Assembly: GCA_021817945.1 (NCBI GenBank)
Contig: JAKAFL010000013.1
Span: 4,559 to 68,558 of the forward strand
Origin: a bacterium
GTDB taxonomy: Bacteria > Verrucomicrobiota > Verrucomicrobiia > Limisphaerales > UBA11358
Length of the DNA: 64,000 bases
Direction of reading: 5' to 3'
The position numbers and the translations under genes are program-made. The notes beneath the pieces are model-generated. The model made no database searches. It saw nothing but the letters and a program-made list of their open reading frames with translations, and was not told the DNA's origin. Below, in pieces: positions 54,551 through 62,089 of this stretch; position 1 is the stretch's first letter; the number at the start of each line of letters is the position of its first letter.

Positions 54551-55170
54551 TTGTTTTTCAAAAGATCGGCGCTTTGCACGCTGGTAATCCCCGCGCGGTT
54601 CATTTCCCCGACGGCGTTCTTAACATCATAGGGTTGGAGGTTTACTCCCCGGCTGGCGTCTTCAATGAAATATGTTTTGAATCCCAACGCTGCAGCATCC
54701 AGTGCCGTGAACTTCACACAATAATCTGTGGCCAAGCCGCACACGAAAACTTCCGTGACGCCTTTTGCCTTGAGCCAATCGCCAAGTCCGGTGCTTTTGC
54801 GATGGCCATTGTCAAACAGACCGCTGTAGCTATCTATGCCGGCGTCGGTTCCTTTGGGAAAGATTTTGGCGATGCGTTGTTGCTGTAATCCCGGCGCGAG
54901 TTCAGCTCCCGGTGTGTTTTGCACGCAATGCGTCGGCCAAAGAGTCTGCGGCAAACCATTCAGGTCAATTTGTTCAAACACTTTTTTGCCGGGATGATTT
55001 GCTGCAAAACTGCCGTGATTTGCCGGATGCCAATCCTGCGTGGCGACAACCAGCGGAAACACGGCTTGAAGCTGGTTTGCAATGGGAATAATGGCATCGC
55101 CGTTTGGCACCGCTAGTGCGCCGCCGGGCAAGAAGTCAGTTTGAATATCAACCAGTATTAGTGCTTTCAT
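54547..55170 (-). CDS. pncA: Nicotinamidase
   Basis: VDIQTDF.PGGAL, QDWHP, WPTHC, KG, GLATDYCV. Confidence 0.95.
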   Translation of the reverse strand: MKALILVDIQTDFLPGGALAVPNGDAIIPIANQLQAVFPLVVATQDWHPANHGSFAANHPGKKVFEQIDLNGLPQTLWPTHCVQNTPGAELAPGLQQQRIAKIFPKGTDAGIDSYSGLFDNGHRKSTGLGDWLKAKGVTEVFVCGLATDYCVKFTALDAAALGFKTYFIEDASRGVNLQPYDVKNAVGEMNRAGITSVQSADLLKNK

Positions 55171-55174
55171 ATCA

Positions 55175-55414
55175 TTATTGAATCAATTTGCGTTGGCGAA
55201 GGAGCGCCACGACCTTGCGCGCCCACACTCGGTCGGCTTCCTTCATGTTGTCTGCCAATTCTGCATAATCCACCCATGAGCGCTGCCATTTTGAGCGGAT
55301 TACCTCCGCGACATCCCCAGCGACAGATTTTGACCAGTGCATCCACTGCTCATGCTCAATTTCGGCAAGGGCCTCAACTAAATTGTCGGTTGGGTTAAGC
55401 GGCATATTATTCAT
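55175..55414 (-). CDS. Small stand-alone RyR-repeat-like protein
   Basis: EALAEIEHEQW...VDYAELADNMKEADR matches the RyR repeat pattern LA..EH..W...V.Y..L....K..DR; ATGA-coupled. Confidence 0.65.
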   Translation of the reverse strand: MNNMPLNPTDNLVEALAEIEHEQWMHWSKSVAGDVAEVIRSKWQRSWVDYAELADNMKEADRVWARKVVALLRQRKLIQ

Positions 55415-56748
55415 CCAATTGCTTCTCTCGCCTCCAACCATTCATTCGGAATGCTCTTACGGCCAGCACTCAATGCAACAATTCCACCTACAATAGCTGC
55501 ATTTGTGTCGCAGTCACCGCCCACGCTGATGGTTTTCCCGATTGCTTCAACAAATTGCAGTGGATAATTAGCCGCCATCCAAATGCAGAACGGAACCGTG
55601 TCAGGAGCCGTCACCAACGAACCGTTCCCCAGCGACTTGGCCACCTCTGGAAATGGAATTTCAACCGGCGTTTGGCTGGCCAGCAAAATGCCACGGCGCA
55701 CTTTGCTTTCAGGTGTGAGCCGGAGAATTTCAGCGAAGAATTTCTGCGCAAAATCTATTTGTGGCGCGGCGCGCAGTTGCCATGCCATCGCCGCACCAAC
55801 GGCAACAGCGATTGTGCCCGCCACCCCTTCGGGATGAGTATGCGTGACCAAGGCCGAATCGCGGGCAGCGTCAGCGCAGCGGGCGAGATCATCGGCGAAA
55901 TAAGCGCCCAGCGGAGCGACCCGCATTGCACCACCGTTGCCCATTGAGCCTTGACCGCCAAACGCGTTTGCTGCCGTTTCCCGCCATTTGGCCCCGGCGT
56001 TGATTTCCCGCAATTGGATACGGGTCATGCTGCCGTAACCGCGATCTGGATCACGCTCGAAACGACGGGCGAAGCGTCGTGCCAACGCATCCTGATTAAG
56101 TTCCCCATGTGATTTAAGAACGGCGACGATGGAAATTGCCATCTCGGTGTCATCCGTATGAAACCAAGGACCGGCCGGAAGATCGTTCTCTGCCAGTCGT
56201 CGCACCGCATTCGCCGATTGATAACTAAGCATTTCACCGAGCGCGTCGCCAAGACCAAGCCCGTCAAGGGACAATTTCATTCGCTCGACCCGTTCAACGT
56301 GATTGGCCTGCAAGTTCGCTTTCCAAGTATTTTCGTGTTCCGCCAACAGTTCTCGTGCTCGTCGCAGCCATGTCGTCTGAATCCAATCGGTTCCGAGTGG
56401 CCCAACCCGATCCACCATCCAGCCGGCGAACCGAAGTTCATTATGCATGGAATAAACGCGGTCAACGTTCGATGAATGAATCAACACAGGACACACCGGC
56501 ATGAAATCGCAAAGATATTTTGTCACATCAAATCCCGTGCCTGGGTCGGTAGTGATACCTGGTTGCGGATTCAAATCATGATCGAGGCAAATCAACGCGG
56601 CGCTCGGAAAAAACTCTGCACATTCAGCAATCATTGAATGAGCGTCACGCCAAATTTTCAATTCAAACCCGCCGTTTAACTCGGTCACGGTTTTCTGAAA
56701 ACCAGCAATGCGCTCGTCGTTGTCTTCCAGAATGAGGATGGTTTTCAT
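55411..56748 (-). CDS. Atypical receiver (cyclic-phosphate-processing type) fused to ADP-ribosylglycohydrolase
   Basis: ILILEDN..R, LDHDL, TG.D, IHSSN in the N-terminus; GDALG, TDDTE, GNGGAMR, THTH, GGDCDT in the C-terminus. Confidence 0.85.
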   Translation of the reverse strand: MKTILILEDNDERIAGFQKTVTELNGGFELKIWRDAHSMIAECAEFFPSAALICLDHDLNPQPGITTDPGTGFDVTKYLCDFMPVCPVLIHSSNVDRVYSMHNELRFAGWMVDRVGPLGTDWIQTTWLRRARELLAEHENTWKANLQANHVERVERMKLSLDGLGLGDALGEMLSYQSANAVRRLAENDLPAGPWFHTDDTEMAISIVAVLKSHGELNQDALARRFARRFERDPDRGYGSMTRIQLREINAGAKWRETAANAFGGQGSMGNGGAMRVAPLGAYFADDLARCADAARDSALVTHTHPEGVAGTIAVAVGAAMAWQLRAAPQIDFAQKFFAEILRLTPESKVRRGILLASQTPVEIPFPEVAKSLGNGSLVTAPDTVPFCIWMAANYPLQFVEAIGKTISVGGDCDTNAAIVGGIVALSAGRKSIPNEWLEAREAIG

Positions 56749-57707
56749 TCGACCAACACACCTTTCTTTTCCGCAATGCCAATGACAGCTTGAGTCCCGG
56801 AATTGAATTCCAAAAAATCCTTCTCGATGCCATCGCTAAAAATCACGCCGTTCTCAGCCATTTGAGATTCCAAAATCAGCGGAGTCTGATTCGTAACGCG
56901 ACCGAACACCAAAGAGGCGCCGGTCGTCCGCGTTGGAAACGGTTCACGAACGGTGAAATACAGATAATCTGATTCCCATTTGAAACCAGTCACGGCTCGT
57001 TCATAACACCCCGGTTGCGGCTGCTCTTTTTTGTTGCGATTGCCGGAAGCGTAAGCGACAGCGCCAGCACCCGTAAGCAAACTTTTCAGCCAACCAGTTG
57101 CTCCCATGCCAGTGGAAACAATCACGCCACTGGACGAGTGGGTTTCACCAGCTTTGCCGCTTCGAATGAAATATCTGGCCGACGTATGAGTCTTTGGCCC
57201 AATGAAAAGGTCGTTCACTGCATACAACGTCTGCCCGTTATTCAGAGTAGCCTTGGCCATCGTCACCGAATGTGTGCTGCGTTTGCGTCGGACTACTTCC
57301 GGCATCAGCTTTGGCAAATCGCCGACCCGGAACGGCAGCAACCGACCATCCCAGCGTTCTGGATCAGGATTCACGCCGACCACTGGCTGACCATCCAGAT
57401 ATTTCAGCGTATTGGCAACCAAACCGTCCTGGCCAAGAGTGATCACCGTATCGTCCGGCGCGAACACGAAGTTCGGCAGGAAGCTGCGGTCTACGGTCTG
57501 CAAACGACCCATCTGGCCGAGTATTTCTTGGGCCTCGGTCAACGCACGATGATACGTTTCATCTTCACGGAGATAATCCGAGAAATCCGCGCCTTGATGT
57601 TCGACGTAAAAGCGGGCCTGGCTGACGGTGTTGAACCGGATCACCAGTTCAGCCAGACGCGTCGGGCGTGTCACAAGGACGATTTTGTTGTCAGTCAGAC
57701 GGTTCAT
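56745..57707 (-). CDS. NAD-kinase-like protein (divergent)
   Basis: TLGQDG, AVND, SSGVIVSTGMGATGW as variants of the GGDG/NE/DG..TP.GSTAY motifs. Confidence 0.78.
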   Translation of the reverse strand: MNRLTDNKIVLVTRPTRLAELVIRFNTVSQARFYVEHQGADFSDYLREDETYHRALTEAQEILGQMGRLQTVDRSFLPNFVFAPDDTVITLGQDGLVANTLKYLDGQPVVGVNPDPERWDGRLLPFRVGDLPKLMPEVVRRKRSTHSVTMAKATLNNGQTLYAVNDLFIGPKTHTSARYFIRSGKAGETHSSSGVIVSTGMGATGWLKSLLTGAGAVAYASGNRNKKEQPQPGCYERAVTGFKWESDYLYFTVREPFPTRTTGASLVFGRVTNQTPLILESQMAENGVIFSDGIEKDFLEFNSGTQAVIGIAEKKGVLVE

Positions 57708-58729
57708 TTTTTTACCGGTTGCGGCCCCAACAATTCTCGGAGCAAATCCGGCGAAATGTTGAGTTGCCCGATTTTTTCGGCTTTGCCAGCCAGTTCCTGG
57801 AAGGCGAAGGCAATTAGTTGCTCCGGCTTCATGCTGGTGCTGGCGAGCGCTTGTAGAATCCGCGTGTCTGTTTTGCCCAATGCCTTCATTGTGGCCTCAA
57901 CGCCATAAGCACGGGCATCAGCCTCCGCCTTGGTGTTTTGCGCTTCGAGTTCTACCAGCTTTTTTCGCCGATCTTCGATGCCGATGCCGGCTTCAAGCGC
58001 CTCCTTCTCCAGTAGGTGCTTCTTCTCCTGCACCGCACGCTCCGCCTCCATCTGGGTTTCGCGGATTTGGCGTTTTTTATTCTCGACGGCAATCTCGGTG
58101 TTTAACTCATTTTCCTTGATCGCACGTTCCTGCTCCACCGCTGCGTTGCGGCGGGCATAGATCGCTTCGTCCGATTCACGGAACAATTGTTCCCGCGCTT
58201 CGGCTTCAAGCGCACGGGCGGTTTCCGGCACTGGCTTGATGGCCAACACCGACAGCCCAAGGATTTCGAGCCCAAGCGAAGTGATTTCTTCTGCCGCCAC
58301 CAACCGTTTCTTCACGGCGTCAACAATTGCGTCCGATGCACGGATGGCTTCTCGCAAAGCCAGCTTTTGTAGCTCGGCCCGCGCCAGCACATTGACGACA
58401 TGAATGACGCGCTCGGGCAGTTTCTTCGGGTCTTCCGAAGTGTAGCCGTGGCCGTTGGGTGCCAGCGTGAAGTTCAACAACGCCGCCAATCGTTTGGCAT
58501 CGTTTACGCGATATGTCACCTGCCCCTGAATGGTCACGGTTTGGAAGTCCGCCGTCGTTTCCTGAAAAATGAAGGGCACATCGGCGCTCCCCACCGGCAC
58601 GGCCACCAAGGACGTGGTCGGCGCGTAGTAAAAGAAAGACAGTCCCATGCCTTCGCGGACGACTTTGCCGGCCCGATATTGCAACAGGTAGGTGGTGGGC
58701 TGAACTTTGATGAATTTAATCCCGAACAT
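57704..58729 (-). CDS. SPFH/Band 7 domain protein with coiled coil
   Basis: N-terminal beta-rich SPFH pattern (ETTADFQTVTIQGQVTYRV), AE-rich coiled coil. Confidence 0.82.
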   Translation of the reverse strand: MFGIKFIKVQPTTYLLQYRAGKVVREGMGLSFFYYAPTTSLVAVPVGSADVPFIFQETTADFQTVTIQGQVTYRVNDAKRLAALLNFTLAPNGHGYTSEDPKKLPERVIHVVNVLARAELQKLALREAIRASDAIVDAVKKRLVAAEEITSLGLEILGLSVLAIKPVPETARALEAEAREQLFRESDEAIYARRNAAVEQERAIKENELNTEIAVENKKRQIRETQMEAERAVQEKKHLLEKEALEAGIGIEDRRKKLVELEAQNTKAEADARAYGVEATMKALGKTDTRILQALASTSMKPEQLIAFAFQELAGKAEKIGQLNISPDLLRELLGPQPVKK

Positions 58730-58773
58730 AATGTGCCTTTCGTTTAATGTTTTCTCCGTCAGTCAAATTTGTT

Positions 58774-59463
58774 TCACAGTTCAAAATTGAATCCGCGCTT
58801 TTTGAGTTTCTCGTATTTATCCGCATCGAACCGGAACAACTGCGCCGGACGATGGCCTCCGGCCATCTGGGTTTCCTTTAATGCCACAAGCAATCCGAAC
58901 CCGAGGACTTTCTTGCGGAAATTCCTCTTGTCCAAATCCGATTCGAGAATCGCTTCGTAAAGATGTTGCAAGTCGGACAGGGTGAACTTCGGGGGCAGCA
59001 ACTCGAAACCAATCGGCTGATACCGCACCTTGCCCTGCAACCGGGCCAGCGCTGCTGCCACAATGTCGGCGTGGTCAAATGCCAACTTGGGCAACTTGGA
59101 AATGGGAAACCATTGGGCATTGGCCGCGTCAGTCGCCGCCTTTGCCTTGTGGTCAGTTAGTTTGACTAGGGCGTAGTGTGCCACGCTGACCACACGTTCG
59201 CGCGGATCGCGATCCACCGTGCCAAACGTGTAGAGTTGTTCGAGAAAGACATTTTCGAGACCCGTCTCTTCGGCCAATTCACGACGAGCAGCAACATCGA
59301 GAGTCTCGTCCACTCGAACGAAACCGCCAGGCAAGGCCCATTTCCCCTTGAAGGGCTCAAGTGCGCGCTGGATCAGCAGCACTTTCAGTTCGCTTTCGTC
59401 AAAACCGAAGACCACACAGTCCACGGTCAGAGCCGCACGAGGATATTGATAGTTGTATGCCAT
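58774..59463 (-). CDS. nrtR: Nudix-related transcriptional regulator NrtR
   Basis: WALPGGFV...[22 protein letters not shown], w[12 protein letters not shown]. Confidence 0.92.
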   Translation of the reverse strand: MAYNYQYPRAALTVDCVVFGFDESELKVLLIQRALEPFKGKWALPGGFVRVDETLDVAARRELAEETGLENVFLEQLYTFGTVDRDPRERVVSVAHYALVKLTDHKAKAATDAANAQWFPISKLPKLAFDHADIVAAALARLQGKVRYQPIGFELLPPKFTLSDLQHLYEAILESDLDKRNFRKKVLGFGLLVALKETQMAGGHRPAQLFRFDADKYEKLKKRGFNFEL

Positions 59464-59471
59464 ATTTTATT

Positions 59472-59515
59472 CGTGTTTTCTTTACACGTTCTATTGATAG
59501 TGTATATTTAACACC
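59472..59515. promoter_or_regulatory. Two tandem candidate NrtR operator palindromes
   Basis: CGTGT-N7-ACACG (59472-59488) and GTGT-N7-ACAC (59500-59514) fit the GT-N7-AC NrtR core; TTGACA on the minus strand at 59517-59522. Confidence 0.75.
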
Positions 59516-59584
59516 ATGTCAAGCGATTATTATCTGTTCGCTTGGATGCCGGGTGTCCGGTTAAATAAACAGCAGCAATTCCGT

Positions 59585-60468
59585 ATGAAAATCAGCAAAG
59601 TCGTCATTGTCATCAACCGGTCAAAAGCGCACGCCACGCAGACGGCCGCCACGCTCAAGGCGGTTCTGGACCGCGAGCGGGTGAAACAGGAGTGGGTGGA
59701 AACCCTGCCGCCCCAGCGCAGTCTTTACCGCCGCCTGGGCGATTTACGGAACAAACAGGCTGATCTTGTCATTGCCTGTGGTGGTGATGGAACATTGTTG
59801 CAGGCAGCGCATCGGTTTCGCGGCACAGGGATTCCAATTCTCGGCATCAACATTGGCTATTTGGGGTTCATCACATCCGTCAGAGGTGATCGCGTGCGAC
59901 AAGAAATGCGGCGTGGCTCAACGCGGAATTTGTCATCAGCCAGCGCACCGCACTCGATCTGGTGATTGAAGACCCTAAGCGGCGCATTCTGGGCTGGGCG
60001 CTTAACGATGCGCTCATCATCCGAGGCGATAATCCGCATTTAATCAGCATCTCCGCCCGGATTGGCCAGCGGCGCCTGACTAATTATCGCTGCGACGGTT
60101 TGATTGTTGCGACGCCGACCGGCTCGACGGCTTACTCGCTGGCTGCGGGCGGGCCAATCATAAGTCCAGAATGCAGCGTGCTGACAATCACGCCAATTTG
60201 TCCCCAGGCCCTGACCAATCGTTCTGTGGTGGTGAATTCGACCGAGCCGATTGAAATGAAATTAGATGCGACTTCGGGGCCGGGAGTTGTGCAAGTGGAC
60301 GGCATGACTTTGGCAAAAGCCAAACCGGAGAGTCGCATCACCATGAAAACCTCAAAAGAATCCGTCCCCATCGCATTCCTGCCTGAAATCAATTACTACG
60401 ACATTTTGGGCGAAAAGCTCAAATGGCATGGTGACGGCATCTCGAAACCCAAATACGGATACGCATGA
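59585..60468 (+). pseudogene. nadK: NAD kinase with a single frameshift near 59915
   Basis: GGDGTLL and GINIGYLGF in the first frame; LNDA and DGLIVATPTGSTAYSLAAGGPI in the second; junction cgt-gg-ctc-aac lacks one base. Confidence 0.85.
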
Positions 60469-62081
60469 GCTATTTACTTTTTCCAGGCAGGCACCTGGTT
60501 AATACGACATTTCAGGAACATTATTTGAAACGTGTCCTGACCGAACCGCCTGCTGCAATTCCCGGCTTTGTTGCCGGGGGCGCTGCTTTTTCGAAGCCGC
60601 CGGGCGAAGTTGTTTTTGCCATCACTTCAGCCAATCAGGAAAATTCCCGTTTTAATCCGATTCCATTTCACATCCGCGCCGTGGGCGTGGACCGGTTTGC
60701 GCGACAGCTTCAAAAGCAAACACCTTTCCGTTACCGGGTGCTGGGGATTCCGCATTACGGTCACACAAAAAACTTTGCCGCCTTTACGATCAAGGAAATT
60801 GCCTATCAAAGTGAGCATACTATCAAGCTTTCACCGGAAAATTGCATCATCCTGTGTTCCACACCGGAAGTCATCCGGCTTTATCAGGAACTTGGTTTCG
60901 CGGTTGTGTCTGCTGAATTGAGCGTGTCGCAAATCCATCCGGCCACACCGATTGAAATCATCCGCGAAATCGGCGGGCAAAAACAAAACTGGCGTGAGGG
61001 CAAATTGGCCGGGACGCAACTCGCCGTCAGTCATATCAGTTTGTTTGAGGATTTCCCGGAAGTGCCACAGCGCATTGCACGACTGTATCAGGACCCACTG
61101 ACCAATCAGGAAGGCAGCCTGACCGAGACCCGAAATTACAGCACCTACGCCCGTGGCATGAACGAGATCATCCGGCTCAAATTTCTCGACATTCAAAAGG
61201 CGATACGCTCCGGGCGTATTGTGGATGAGGGGTGTGCCGATGGTGCGTTGCTCGCCGAAATCAGCCGTGAATTTCCCGACTCGGATTTATTCGGTATAGA
61301 TTTGTCCTCGGAATTTGCCAGCCGTTTTTCGGAACGCCAGCGCGCGGGTGAATTTGGCGGTGCTTATGTCCATTTCTTTCACCGCAACCTTTTGGATCGG
61401 ATTTTTGAACCGGAATCCGTTGACACCACCATTTGCAACAGCACGCTCCATGAATTGTGGAACTACGCCGAAAAGGAAAAAACCGTGCTTGCTTATTTAA
61501 GTGAAAAATTTCGGCAACTGCGGCCATCCGGCAGGCTGGTCATTCGCGATGTGGTCGGCCCGGAGCATGGCGAACAAGAGGTCTTGTTGTGGTGCTCAGA
61601 CGCCGATGGCCAAAATCACTCTGCCGCTGAAATTGCCAAACACAAAGATCGCAGCCCGGAATGGCTTGGTAAATTATCAACGCGGAGCCGCCTTTTTCTT
61701 TTCGCGCACGATTTTTTGGGCGGACAAAATAGCTTTTCTCTCAAAGAGGAATCGCATCAGGGTAAGTCTTGCTTCCGGCTTACGCTCCAGCAAACAGGGG
61801 AATTTCTCTCCAAGAAGGATTACGCCGATAATTGGTCTTCGGAGATGAACGAAGAATTTTGCTTTTGGAGCTTCTCGAAATGGAAGCAGGTTCTTGCAGA
61901 AGTTGGATTTAAGATTTGCGAAAATCCAAACAATGTGGCCGAGGGTTCACGTGTTTATATCAACCCTTGGATCGTGGAACGCCGCCACACCGGACACGCA
62001 GAAATCTCCGATTTGCAAGGGCAGGTTTTGCCGTGGCCGCCAACGAATATGGTTCTCGTTGCAGAAAAGCCATTCCATTGA
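60465..62081 (+). CDS. Fusion of a NadM-like Rossmannoid N-terminal domain and a class I SAM-dependent methyltransferase
   Basis: FPGRH and TSANQENSRFNPIPF..R (cf. NadM GRFQ / GSAQ....NPF...ER); VDEGCADG, GIDLS, STLHE, LRPSGRLVIRD. Confidence 0.7.
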   Translation: MSYLLFPGRHLVNTTFQEHYLKRVLTEPPAAIPGFVAGGAAFSKPPGEVVFAITSANQENSRFNPIPFHIRAVGVDRFARQLQKQTPFRYRVLGIPHYGHTKNFAAFTIKEIAYQSEHTIKLSPENCIILCSTPEVIRLYQELGFAVVSAELSVSQIHPATPIEIIREIGGQKQNWREGKLAGTQLAVSHISLFEDFPEVPQRIARLYQDPLTNQEGSLTETRNYSTYARGMNEIIRLKFLDIQKAIRSGRIVDEGCADGALLAEISREFPDSDLFGIDLSSEFASRFSERQRAGEFGGAYVHFFHRNLLDRIFEPESVDTTICNSTLHELWNYAEKEKTVLAYLSEKFRQLRPSGRLVIRDVVGPEHGEQEVLLWCSDADGQNHSAAEIAKHKDRSPEWLGKLSTRSRLFLFAHDFLGGQNSFSLKEESHQGKSCFRLTLQQTGEFLSKKDYADNWSSEMNEEFCFWSFSKWKQVLAEVGFKICENPNNVAEGSRVYINPWIVERRHTGHAEISDLQGQVLPWPPTNMVLVAEKPFH

Positions 62082-62089
62082 CGTCTGGC

